DNA of 32,000 bases from Candidatus Methylomirabilis oxygeniifera (GCA_000091165.1 FP565575.1:2310001-2342000), one strand, 5' to 3'; positions 1 to 8,268 are shown, counted from the first letter of the stretch. Numbers and translations are program-made. Notes: generated from the letters alone by a model not told the origin.

Positions 1-768
1 CCCGATGGGATTGACGAGATGCTGATCGCCGGCTTCCTGCGGAAACAGGCCGTCGAGCTAACCCAGTGCGAGACCGTCGACCTGGAGGTTCCGGCCAATG
101 CCGAGATCGTCCTGGAAGGATACGTCGAGCCCAATGAACTACGCCTGGAAGGGCCGTTTGGCGACCACACCGGCTTTTATTCCCTCCCTGACTATTACCC
201 CGTCTTTCACCTGACGGCCATCACCCATCGCCGGGACCCGATCTATCAAACCACCATCGTCGGCCGCCCACCCATGGAGGACTGCCACATGGGGACGGCC
301 GTGGAACGGATGTCCCGACCCCTCCTGAGAAAACAGTTGCCTGAGATCGTAGACTTCCACATGCCGTTCGCCGGGGTCTTCCACAACCTTGTCATCGTGA
401 GTCTCGACAAAGCCTACCCGGGCCACGCGCGCAAGATCATGCACGCGATCTGGGGCCTTGGCCAGGCGATGTTCTCGAAGGTGATCGTCGTCGTGGACAA
501 GGATGTGAACGTCCGTGATCCGGCCGAAGTGGTCTGGAAGGTCCTGAACCACATCGACCCGGAGCGTGACATCGAGTTTGTCATGGGGCCGGTCGAAACC
601 CTGGATCATGCCAGCCGGCTGCCGAAGTACGGCTCAAAGATGGGGATCGACGGAACGCGGAAGTGGAAGGAAGAGGGATTCACGCGCGAGTGGCCGGAGG
701 AACAGGTGATGGATCACGACACCAAGACCCTCGTGGACCGACGCTGGAAAGAGTACGGCCTGGGTTAA
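1..768 (+). CDS. UbiD-family (de)carboxylase, C-terminal part; 5' end lies outside the window
   Basis: Frame is open from base 1. Translation contains the UbiD-type LEGPFGDHTGFYS motif and a conserved C-terminal domain. Stop TAA at 766-768. Confidence 0.9.
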   Translation, partial: PDGIDEMLIAGFLRKQAVELTQCETVDLEVPANAEIVLEGYVEPNELRLEGPFGDHTGFYSLPDYYPVFHLTAITHRRDPIYQTTIVGRPPMEDCHMGTAVERMSRPLLRKQLPEIVDFHMPFAGVFHNLVIVSLDKAYPGHARKIMHAIWGLGQAMFSKVIVVVDKDVNVRDPAEVVWKVLNHIDPERDIEFVMGPVETLDHASRLPKYGSKMGIDGTRKWKEEGFTREWPEEQVMDHDTKTLVDRRWKEYGLG

Positions 769-774
769 AGAAAA

Positions 775-816
775 GCTGTCAGCGATCAGCCGTCAGCACG
801 CTGAACACTGAACACT
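775..816 (+). repeat. Heptanucleotide-periodic spacer: GCTGTCA GCGATCA GCCGTCA GCACGCT GAACACT GAACACT
   Basis: Read directly. Six consecutive 7-nt units lie between the ubiD stop and the redoxin RBS (GAGGAGG, 821-827). Confidence 0.8.
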
Positions 817-835
817 TGCTGAGGAGGTATCGGAT

Positions 836-1339
836 ATGAGTACTCTGTTGCGACGAATACGGTTCATTGTCTTTCTAATCGGTACACTACTCATCGCCCG
901 CGCAGTCCAGGCTGCGCCTGTTCCGGACTTTACGCTCCCGCTCCTGGATGGAAAGTCTGTCGCACTGAAGGACTTTCGCGGTAAGCCGGTTCTGATCAAC
1001 TTCTTCCACTCCAAATGACCCCACTGTCAACGGGAGGCTCCCGTTCTGGCAAAGATTTACCAGCAGTACAAGGGCAAAGGCCTCGTGATGCTGGGCGTGA
1101 ACGTCTTCCGAGATAACGAAGCCGATGCGCGAAGGTTTGTTGAGGAGTATAAGGTGCCGTACCCCGTTGGACACGACAGCACCGGCGAGATCGGCAGGCT
1201 GTATAAAATCGAAGGCACGCCGACCACCTTCCTGATTAATAAAGACGGCAGCTTATATGGACGCTCGGTCGGGGCCATGACAGAGGATGAGTTTCACACA
1301 TCTATTGATGCTCTGCTCAACCAGAAAGGAAAGCCGTAG
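836..1339 (+). CDS. TlpA/ResA-like periplasmic thiol:disulfide oxidoreductase (redoxin), putative selenoprotein with in-frame UGA at 1016-1018 (U-P-H-C in place of C-x-x-C)
   Basis: ORFs 836..1018 and 1085..1339 are in the same frame, with no stop other than TGA 1016-1018. The joined product reads ...PDFTLPLLDGKSVALKDFRGKPVLINFFHSK-U-PHCQREAPVLAKIYQQYKGKGLVMLGVNVF...YPVGHD...IEGTPTTFLINKDG, the classic TlpA layout, and the TGA falls on the first redox Cys. It has an N-terminal signal/anchor and a GAGGAGG RBS 8 nt upstream of ATG 836. Confidence 0.75.
1029..1045 (+). promoter_or_regulatory. SECIS-like hairpin downstream of UGA 1016-1018
   Basis: AACGGGA(1029-1035) GGC TCCCGTT(1039-1045) is a perfect 7-bp stem (or 6 bp with loop AGGCU). 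It starts 10 nt after the UGA, placing G/U-containing loop bases about 20-24 nt from the U of UGA, similar to the spacing in E. coli fdhF. Confidence 0.5.
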
Positions 1340-1363
1340 GTGATTCTGGTAAGGAGATATCAC

Positions 1364-1753
1364 ATGGGAAAGTCGATGGCGTCGATGATAACGGGGCTCG
1401 TGGTGGTGTTCGTCGCCGGGCTCTCTATCGGCTGGGCGCAGCAGGCCACGGTCACGCTCGTGTCGCCGAAGGATGGGGACACCATAGGTCCTCGTATGTT
1501 GATACAGTGGGAGTTCAAGCCGGCGGGAGATGTCAACCATATCCATCTCTACCTGGACGGGCTCAACCCGGGGCCACCGTTCGGGACCTCGATGGAACTC
1601 ACGGGCCTCCCGAACGGGCCGCACATCGTCAGGATCGTTGGGGCGAATACGCGCCACCAGGAGGTCGGACCTGAAGCCAGCGCGAAGGTGACGGTACATG
1701 GCGGAGCGCCGACCACGCCGCTACCGGCCCCCAGGCGGAGCCGCGCGTACTAG
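1364..1753 (+). CDS. Small secreted hypothetical protein (signal peptide; possibly DUF4399-like with HIHLYLDG and GPHIVRIVG motifs)
   Basis: AAGGAG RBS at 1351-1356, ATG at 1364. Hydrophobic N-terminus MGKSMASMITGLVVVFVAGLSIGWAQQ. The family assignment is from memory only. Confidence 0.65.
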   Translation: MGKSMASMITGLVVVFVAGLSIGWAQQATVTLVSPKDGDTIGPRMLIQWEFKPAGDVNHIHLYLDGLNPGPPFGTSMELTGLPNGPHIVRIVGANTRHQEVGPEASAKVTVHGGAPTTPLPAPRRSRAY

Positions 1754-1816
1754 TCGCGGGGCTCTGAGGGAAGCGGAGGACCGGCTGGCCGGTTCGGATC
1801 ATGGTCGCCCCGCGAC
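1753..1816. terminator. Perfect 10-bp inverted repeat (GTCGCGGGGC / GCCCCGCGAC) enclosing a nested ACCGG-CTGG-CCGGT hairpin, in a convergent intergenic region
   Basis: Arms at 1753-1762 and 1807-1816 were read directly. It lies between the plus-strand stop (1751-1753) and the parE stop (1849). There is no U-run, so terminator function is inferred. Confidence 0.4.
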
Positions 1817-1848
1817 CCTCCTGTCCCTGGCTAGCATCTCCGCGCGGT

Positions 1849-2163
1849 TCACTCGGCGCGCCCTCTCATCTGTTCTTCAGTCTCTCGCCGGAGGAGTCGG
1901 ATCGTCTCTTCATAGATGGTCCGACGGGGTCCGATCGCCACAAGGTCGATCGCTGCAGGCGTGATTCGGTAGATGACCCGAAGCCTCCCGACTCGCACAC
2001 TTCGCAGGCCCAGCAACTCTGCTTTCAGCGCCTTGCCGTGCTCCGGATCGAGCAGTATCGTCTCCAGAGCAGCCTTAACCTTCTTCTTGAGTTCCGGGTG
2101 GAGGTGTCTGAGCAAGGCGCGGACAGTATCAGGAGCCCGGAGTTTCCGAGACGGTGCGGCCAT
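1849..2163 (-). CDS. parE: Type II toxin, RelE/ParE family
   Basis: ...GKALKAELLGLRSVRVGRLRVIYRITPAAIDLVAIGPRRTIYEE is ParE-like. ATG 2163 sits directly after the antitoxin stop (2165-2167). The longer upstream ORF extension was rejected. Confidence 0.85.
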   Translation of the reverse strand: MAAPSRKLRAPDTVRALLRHLHPELKKKVKAALETILLDPEHGKALKAELLGLRSVRVGRLRVIYRITPAAIDLVAIGPRRTIYEETIRLLRRETEEQMRGRAE

Positions 2164-2164
2164 C

Positions 2165-2443
2165 TTATGCGCGGGTCGTACGCCGGGGCGTGAGCAACTC
2201 CTCGAGAGCGTACAGCCGCTTGGTCTTTGCAAGACCGCGGAGACCTCCTCGGATCTCCTCCATCAACTCAGTGTCCGTTCGGATCGCCACGGTCTCTTGC
2301 CAGCTCTCGGCCTCATCCGGGCTGATCAGCACAGCGGCCGGCTTGCCGTTCCGCGTGATGACGATCTGCTCGTCCCGCGAGTGAACCTCGTCGATGAGTC
2401 GGCTCAACTTCATTTTGACCTCGGATAGCGGGAGTGTCTTCAT
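2165..2443 (-). CDS. Type II antitoxin, Phd/YefM family
   Basis: MKTLPLSEVKMKLSRLIDEVHSRDEQIVITRNGKPAAVLISPDEAESWQET is a canonical Phd/YefM N-terminal domain. AGGAGGA RBS upstream. Confidence 0.9.
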   Translation of the reverse strand: MKTLPLSEVKMKLSRLIDEVHSRDEQIVITRNGKPAAVLISPDEAESWQETVAIRTDTELMEEIRGGLRGLAKTKRLYALEELLTPRRTTRA

Positions 2444-2483
2444 AGATTTGGTCCTCCTGTAGGTTGACCTTAATTCTGACTAG

Positions 2484-2513
2484 ATTGTTACGCGATGCTG
2501 GAGGCCTTGTCAA
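2484..2513 (-). promoter_or_regulatory. Candidate sigma70 promoter of phd-parE (TTGACA-N17-TAACAA)
   Basis: On the minus strand, TTGACA is at 2513-2508, followed by a 17-nt spacer and TAACAA(T) at 2490-2484, about 40 nt upstream of ATG 2443. Confidence 0.4.
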
Positions 2514-2567
2514 GATAAACACAGATGCCTGCGCGTTTCGGATAGTCGAAAGTAAGAGGTGAGAGGG

Positions 2568-3236
2568 TCAAGGCGTGCGAGATTTTGGCTGCTCCGCTCG
2601 GGCGATATGGTAGCTCAAGGTCTTGAGGAGGGCCGACAGGTCGACGTTCTGGACCTTCACCGAATCGGGGGCGGTCAGTTGAGCGGGGGCGAAATTCAAG
2701 ACCGCAATGACCCCGCCCTTCACGAGGGCGTCGAGGACAACCTGGGCGCCTGGGGCAGGAACGGCTAAGATCCCGATCTTAATCTTCCGCTTGCGGACAA
2801 CCGAGGCGATCGTCCCGGTATCCATCACCTGCAACCCGTCAATCCGTCGACCGATCTTGGCCGGGTCCCGATCAAATACGACAGAGATCTTAAATCCTTT
2901 CTCCTGGAATCCCCGATAGGCAATCAACGCAGAGCCCAGATTCCCCAACCCGACCAAGGCCACCTCCCACGCCCGCTTGAGGCCCAGAATCTCCTCCAGG
3001 CTATGCCGAAGGGGGGTCACGTAGTACCCCAGACCCCTGATGCCAAACTGGCCGAAGTAGGCCAGGTCCTTTCGCACTTGGGCGGAATTCAGGCCGAAAC
3101 GATCGGCCAGTTGCTTGGACGAGATGCTCATCGTCCCTTCATTCTCCAACTCTTCCACGCAACGCAGATAGATCGAAAGCCGGGTGACGGTCTTCTCGGG
3201 AATCTTGATCGCTTTCATGGATAGAGACCCTCTCAT
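2568..3236 (-). CDS. rex: Redox-sensing transcriptional repressor Rex
   Basis: KIPEKTVTRLSIYLRCVEELE...SSKQLADRFGLNSAQVRKDLAYFGQFGIRGLGYYV plus the Rossmann motif LVGLGNLG. ATG 3236 overlaps the nuoN1 stop (ATGA). An alternative ATG at 3218 has a GAGGG RBS 9 nt upstream. Confidence 0.92.
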   Translation of the reverse strand: MRGSLSMKAIKIPEKTVTRLSIYLRCVEELENEGTMSISSKQLADRFGLNSAQVRKDLAYFGQFGIRGLGYYVTPLRHSLEEILGLKRAWEVALVGLGNLGSALIAYRGFQEKGFKISVVFDRDPAKIGRRIDGLQVMDTGTIASVVRKRKIKIGILAVPAPGAQVVLDALVKGGVIAVLNFAPAQLTAPDSVKVQNVDLSALLKTLSYHIARAEQPKSRTP

Positions 3237-4735
3237 CCTGTAATGGCTGAGACCGACTGTCGTGCCAGATCGAGTAACCTCGACGGGAATAGGCCAAGGT
3301 GAAGGGTTCCCATCACAGACACCGCCACGGCCAGAACGGCCGCTGCGGATGCCTGGACAAGCGGTATCTGTCCTCGACTCTGATCGTGGGGCGGGGAGGT
3401 TGCCTCGCTCATATACATGATGACGATAACGCGGAGATAAAAGTAGACCGAGACCACGCTGTTCAGGACGCCGATCACTGCCAGGACCGGATAGTCGCCT
3501 TCAAGGGCGGCGCTGAAGATATACAGTTTACCCATGAAGCCGGCTGTCGGAGGGATCCCGGCCAGTGAGAACATGAAGACAGCCATGCAAGCGGCCAGGA
3601 CCGGACGCTGCCATCCGAGACCGGCGTAGTCGGTCAGCAACAGCCGCTCTCGCTCATGACCTTGCAACGCGATGATGACCGCGAAGACACCAAGGTTCAT
3701 CAGGGCGTAGGCAACCAGGTAGAAGAGGATGCCGGCAACTCCGGATGACCCACCGGCGACCAACGCAACCAACAGATACCCGGCATGCGCGATCGAGCTG
3801 TAGGCGAGCATCCGCTTGATGTTGCTTTGAACCAGGGCCACCAGATTACCTACGGTCATGGTGAGGACCGCCAGAACCCAGATCGCCACCAACCACTGCA
3901 CGTGAAGGGCAGGCAATGCCAGAAGAAATACTCGCAGGAAGGCGGCAAAGGCCGCCGCCTTGGTTCCGGCAATCATAAACGCTGTCACCGAGGTGGGCGC
4001 CCCCTCATATACGTCTGGGGCCCACATATGGAACGGGACAGAGGCGATCTTGAAGCCGAACCCAACCAGCAGCAACCCTCCCCCGATCAGGAACAGGGGC
4101 GCGGGGGGATGCCCATCAACCAGAAAGGCCGCAATCTGTCGAAGAACGGTCGTGCCGGTCGCCCCATAAATCAGGGCAATGCCATAGAGGAAAAAGCCGC
4201 TGGCAAAGGCCCCGAGCAGGAGGTACTTCAGCGCCGACTCGTTCGAGCGAAGCTCTGTCTTCCAGAACCCGGCAAGCGTGTACAGGGCGAGCGAGAAGGT
4301 TTCAAGCCCCAGAAAAATCACGATCAGGTCCCCCCCTGCAGCCATGAGCATCATCCCCAATACCGAGAAAAGCACCAGGCTGTAATACTCTCCCTGGTCG
4401 GCGGCTGCGGTGTCGAGATAGCCCATCGACAGCAGGACGGTCAATATGCCAATCGGGCCGAGCATGAGATAAAAGAAGAGTGAAAATCGGTCTAATACGA
4501 CCGCGTCATGAAGGCCGTAGCGAACCATTCCCTGATCCGGGTCGAGGACAGGTCCCCATGAACTGATCGATAGCAGGATCGACGCCGCGAGCGCGATCAG
4601 GCTCAGGATGGCGACGAGGTATTTCCGCCCTGGCGGGAGAAAGAGCTCTGCCACCAACGTCGTGAGACCTCCAAGGGCGACTGGTAAGAGCGGCGCAAAG
4701 GGAGCCCAGTCGATCTGAGGCAGCACAAGCTCCAT
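3233..4735 (-). CDS. nuoN: NADH-quinone oxidoreductase subunit N (cluster 1)
   Basis: About 500-aa polytopic antiporter-like protein with typical NuoN motifs (KRMLAYSSIAHAGY). ATG 4735 overlaps the nuoM1 stop by 1 nt (TGATG). Confidence 0.93.
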   Translation of the reverse strand: MELVLPQIDWAPFAPLLPVALGGLTTLVAELFLPPGRKYLVAILSLIALAASILLSISSWGPVLDPDQGMVRYGLHDAVVLDRFSLFFYLMLGPIGILTVLLSMGYLDTAAADQGEYYSLVLFSVLGMMLMAAGGDLIVIFLGLETFSLALYTLAGFWKTELRSNESALKYLLLGAFASGFFLYGIALIYGATGTTVLRQIAAFLVDGHPPAPLFLIGGGLLLVGFGFKIASVPFHMWAPDVYEGAPTSVTAFMIAGTKAAAFAAFLRVFLLALPALHVQWLVAIWVLAVLTMTVGNLVALVQSNIKRMLAYSSIAHAGYLLVALVAGGSSGVAGILFYLVAYALMNLGVFAVIIALQGHERERLLLTDYAGLGWQRPVLAACMAVFMFSLAGIPPTAGFMGKLYIFSAALEGDYPVLAVIGVLNSVVSVYFYLRVIVIMYMSEATSPPHDQSRGQIPLVQASAAAVLAVAVSVMGTLHLGLFPSRLLDLARQSVSAITG

Positions 4736-6354
4736 CAATTCGCGCTCCGCGTCTCAAAAACAGGGTATAGGGAGTCGGAGGTAGGGTATCGGATCACATA
4801 CGGGGAGACCTGTCCAACTCCGCCACCCTCCACCCTCCACCCGCCACCCTGCTTTTCGCACTCTGTGCTTCGCACTTCGCAGAGGAGCTGCGCAACCGAC
4901 GCATCCATCCTTCTAAGGAGAGGGTTCGGATTCAGACCGATCCATACAATGAGCAGGATGATCGGAATCAGCATCGCCATCTCGCGACCGCTGATATCAT
5001 CGAGTGTGAGATTCTCGGCCCGTCGGCTTTGCCCCCACATCACGCGTTGCCACATCCAGAGCATATAGACCGCCGCCAGAATGATACCAAGGGTCGCGAG
5101 TACCGCAAATCCTTTGTGGACGCGGAATGTCCCCGCCAGGATCAGGAACTCCCCCACAAACCCGTTCAGACCCGGCAGGCCAATAGAAGACATGGTCACA
5201 ACCAGGAAACAGAGCGCAAAGCGAGGGAGCACCCGCGAAAGTCCGCCGAACTCCTCTATCATTCTGGTATGGCGTCGCTCATAGATCATCCCAACCAGCA
5301 GGAAGAGGGCGCCGGTGGAGAGGCCATGGTTGACCATTTGGAGGATCGAGCCCTCCACGGACTGCACATTCATGGCGAAGATGCCCAGCATCACGAATCC
5401 CAGGTGACTCACGGAACTATAGGCCACCAGTCGCTTGAGATCATCCTGAACCATGGCAACCAGCGCGCCGTACAGGATGCCGATCACGGCCAGCGCAGAA
5501 ATCAATGGGGTAAACGCGATAGCCGCTTCCGGAAAGAGCGGAAGCGCGAATCGAAGGAATCCGTATGTTCCCATCTTCAAAAGAACCCCGGCCAACAGCA
5601 CGCTTCCCGCCGTCGGCGCCTCCACATGGGCGTCCGGTAACCATGTATGAAACGGAAACATCGGCACCTTGATGGCAAAGGCGAGCGCAAAGGCGGCGAA
5701 GAGCAGCAGTTGCGTCCCGTACGGGATCGGTCCGCCGATTAACTCCAGGAGGTCAAACGACAACCGACCCGTGCTTTCCCGATGCAGGAAGGCCAAGGCG
5801 ATCATCGCCAGCAGCATCAGGACGCTTCCCGCCATTGTATACAGAACGAACTTTACAGTGGCATAGACTCGCCGATGCCCGCCCCAGACCCCGATCAGGA
5901 AATACATCGGGATCAGCATCCCCTCCCAGAACACATAGAAGAGCACGAGATCCAGGGCAACGAATACGCCGATCATGCCGGTTTGAAGCAGCAGCACGCA
6001 GATCATGTATGCTTTCACCCGATTCGTAATCCCGGAGAAGGAGGCCAGGATCGCGATAGGCGTGAGAAAGGTCGTGAGGAGCAGCAGCGGCAGACTGATC
6101 CCATCCACGCCGAGAAAATAGCTGCTTCCGATCGAATCGATCCACGGCGCCCGCTCCACAAACTGCATGCCGGCCTCGGCCGGATCAAAGCGTACATACA
6201 CGATGAGAGAGAGTAGGAGGTTGAGGCCGGAGATGGCCACCGCGAGCCGCTTGATCAGCGCTTCTCGCATCCCATCGACACATGCGAGCAAAAGCGCGCC
6301 ACACAGCGGCAGGGCAATAAGTATTGAGAGGATCGGACCGCCCGCCTGACTCAT
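4735..6354 (-). CDS. nuoM: NADH-quinone oxidoreductase subunit M (cluster 1), with a non-conserved C-terminal tail encoded by heptamer repeats
   Basis: Motifs include FPFHTWLPDAHVEAPTAGSVLLAGVLLKMGTYG. The last ~48 codons (4738-4885) overlie the tandem heptamer arrays. Confidence 0.92.
   Translation of the reverse strand: MSQAGGPILSILIALPLCGALLLACVDGMREALIKRLAVAISGLNLLLSLIVYVRFDPAEAGMQFVERAPWIDSIGSSYFLGVDGISLPLLLLTTFLTPIAILASFSGITNRVKAYMICVLLLQTGMIGVFVALDLVLFYVFWEGMLIPMYFLIGVWGGHRRVYATVKFVLYTMAGSVLMLLAMIALAFLHRESTGRLSFDLLELIGGPIPYGTQLLLFAAFALAFAIKVPMFPFHTWLPDAHVEAPTAGSVLLAGVLLKMGTYGFLRFALPLFPEAAIAFTPLISALAVIGILYGALVAMVQDDLKRLVAYSSVSHLGFVMLGIFAMNVQSVEGSILQMVNHGLSTGALFLLVGMIYERRHTRMIEEFGGLSRVLPRFALCFLVVTMSSIGLPGLNGFVGEFLILAGTFRVHKGFAVLATLGIILAAVYMLWMWQRVMWGQSRRAENLTLDDISGREMAMLIPIILLIVWIGLNPNPLLRRMDASVAQLLCEVRSTECEKQGGGWRVEGGGVGQVSPYVIRYPTSDSLYPVFETRSAN
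4762..4882. repeat. About 17 consecutive heptamer units, including (CCACCCT)x4 at 4823-4850 and TTCGCAC-type x4 at 4855-4882
   Basis: Read directly: AGGGTAT AGGGAGT CGGAGGT AGGGTAT CGGATCA ... CCACCCT CCACCCT CCACCCG CCACCCT ... TTCGCAC TCTGTGC TTCGCAC TTCGCAG. Confidence 0.85.
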
Positions 6355-6369
6355 ATCATCCCCTGTGCC

Positions 6370-8262
6370 CTATCCGGAAAACGCCAGATACCCCAACAGG
6401 ACCACCGCACCCACAAGGATCGACAGGATATAGGTTGGAACATAGCCGGTCTGAAGTCGCCTCAGCAGGTGTCCGGCACGGGTTGCAAGCGCAGCAACGC
6501 CGTTGACCGACCCGTCGATCACACGCGCATCGAACGACTCCGATAGGGTGCGAGCGGAGACGACGGCCGGACGGATCACCGTCTTATCGTACAGTTCATC
6601 AACCCAATATTTGTGCAAGAGGGCACGATACAGCGCGGGATACCGCGCGGCACACGCCTCAGCTCTGGCAGGATCCCGAAGGTAGCACCAAAAAGCTATA
6701 GCGATCCCACCGACTGCCATCACAAGAGCCACGACCGCAAGTACGATCCCGGAGGCCGGCTCGGCTGAGGCCTCATGCGCCGACACGGGGAAGACCGAAC
6801 CCAGGAAGCGGTGCAGTACACCTGAGTCCGGCGGGACACCGACAAACCCGACGGTCGACGATCCGAGCGCCAACAACACAAGCGGCAGGCGCATGCTCCA
6901 CGGCGCCTCGTGCAGGTGGCTGAGGGTGTGGGAGTCGAGCCTCGACTGTCCCGCAAAGGCAAGGAAGTAGAGACGAAACATGTAGAACCCGGTGCCGGCC
7001 GCGGTCAACGCTCCAATGACCCAGAGCGGCCCGTGTCCCGAGGCGTAGACGGCGGACAGGATCTCATCCTTGCTCCAGAAGCCGGCGAATGGGGCAATCC
7101 CGGCGTTCGCCAGCGCACCGACAAGAAAGCTGCCTGCCGTGACACGCAGGGAGTGCCGCAGCCCGCCCATCTTCCGTATATCCTGCTCACCGGCCAACGC
7201 ATGAATCACCGATCCGGCCGACAGGAAGAGGAGGGCCTTAAAAAAGGCGTGGGTCATCAGGTGAAAGATCCCCGCAGCGTACGCCCCGACTCCCAAGCCT
7301 AAAAACATATAGCCGAGCTGGGAGATGGTCGAGTAGGCGATAATCCGCTTGATATCGGTCTGTACCAGGGCGATGCTCGCCGCATAGAGGGCCGTGAGGC
7401 CGCCGACCCAAGCGACGATCTCCAGGCTGACGGGCGCCAGTTGGAACAGGGGGGCGGAACGCGCGACCAAGTAGACGCCCGCCGTCACCATGGTCGCCGC
7501 ATGAATCAGCGCCGAGACGGGAGTGGGTCCCTCCATCGCATCAGGCAACCAGACATACAACGGGAGTTGGGCCGACTTGCCGGTTGCACCGATGAACAGG
7601 AGGAGGGTGAGAAGACATGCGGCCACAGAGCCGTACGCCAGTACGGTCGGCGCTTCCGTCAACACGGTCTGGAAGTCCAGCGAGCCGAACAGCAGGATCA
7701 TCCAGATCAGTCCCACAACCATGGCACCGTCGCCGATCCGGTTCACCAGGAAGGCCTTGGTACCGGCGGATGCCGCAGCCGGTCGCTCGAACCAGAAACC
7801 GATCAACAGGTACGAACAGAGACCTACACCCTCCCATCCCACAAAGAGCATGAGGTAGTTATCGGCCAGGACCAGGACCAGCATCTCAGCCAGAAAGAGA
7901 TTGAGCAGCGCGAAGAAACGGTGGTAGTCGCGGTCTTCCTCCATATAGCCAATCGAGTAGATGTGAATGAGTAGACCCACGCCACACACCACCAACGCCA
8001 TGATGGCAGAGAGGGGATCGAACAGAAACCCGAACGAGACCGAGAAATCACCGGAGGCGATCCAGGAGCCGAGGGAGGAGCGAAGCAGGCGCCCTTCCGA
8101 CGGCATCTGAAGGAGGCGGACAAAGGCCACTAGAGAAAGAAGCAGCGAAAGCGATACGGCGGTGCAGGCGACCACCGCCACCAGCCTTCGCGGCATACGC
8201 CGGCCCATCAGACCGACGACGAGACTTCCCGCCAGCGGGATGAGCGGAATCAGCCAAACCAT
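6370..8262 (-). CDS. nuoL: NADH-quinone oxidoreductase subunit L (cluster 1)
   Basis: 630 aa. Contains GWEGVGLCSYLLIGFW and SAQLPLYVWLPDAMEGPTPVSALIHAATMVTAGVY plus the C-terminal lateral-helix region. Confidence 0.95.
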   Translation of the reverse strand: MVWLIPLIPLAGSLVVGLMGRRMPRRLVAVVACTAVSLSLLLSLVAFVRLLQMPSEGRLLRSSLGSWIASGDFSVSFGFLFDPLSAIMALVVCGVGLLIHIYSIGYMEEDRDYHRFFALLNLFLAEMLVLVLADNYLMLFVGWEGVGLCSYLLIGFWFERPAAASAGTKAFLVNRIGDGAMVVGLIWMILLFGSLDFQTVLTEAPTVLAYGSVAACLLTLLLFIGATGKSAQLPLYVWLPDAMEGPTPVSALIHAATMVTAGVYLVARSAPLFQLAPVSLEIVAWVGGLTALYAASIALVQTDIKRIIAYSTISQLGYMFLGLGVGAYAAGIFHLMTHAFFKALLFLSAGSVIHALAGEQDIRKMGGLRHSLRVTAGSFLVGALANAGIAPFAGFWSKDEILSAVYASGHGPLWVIGALTAAGTGFYMFRLYFLAFAGQSRLDSHTLSHLHEAPWSMRLPLVLLALGSSTVGFVGVPPDSGVLHRFLGSVFPVSAHEASAEPASGIVLAVVALVMAVGGIAIAFWCYLRDPARAEACAARYPALYRALLHKYWVDELYDKTVIRPAVVSARTLSESFDARVIDGSVNGVAALATRAGHLLRRLQTGYVPTYILSILVGAVVLLGYLAFSG

Positions 8263-8268
8263 AGTTCA

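Noticed and set aside
1085-1339. Treating 1085..1339 as an independent 84-aa gene starting at ATG 1085.
   Set aside because: It would be a thioredoxin-fold fragment lacking the active site and the signal peptide. The frame is continuous with 836..1018 apart from one TGA, and the codons at 1019-1084 encode the conserved PHCQREAPVLAKIYQQYKGKG segment.
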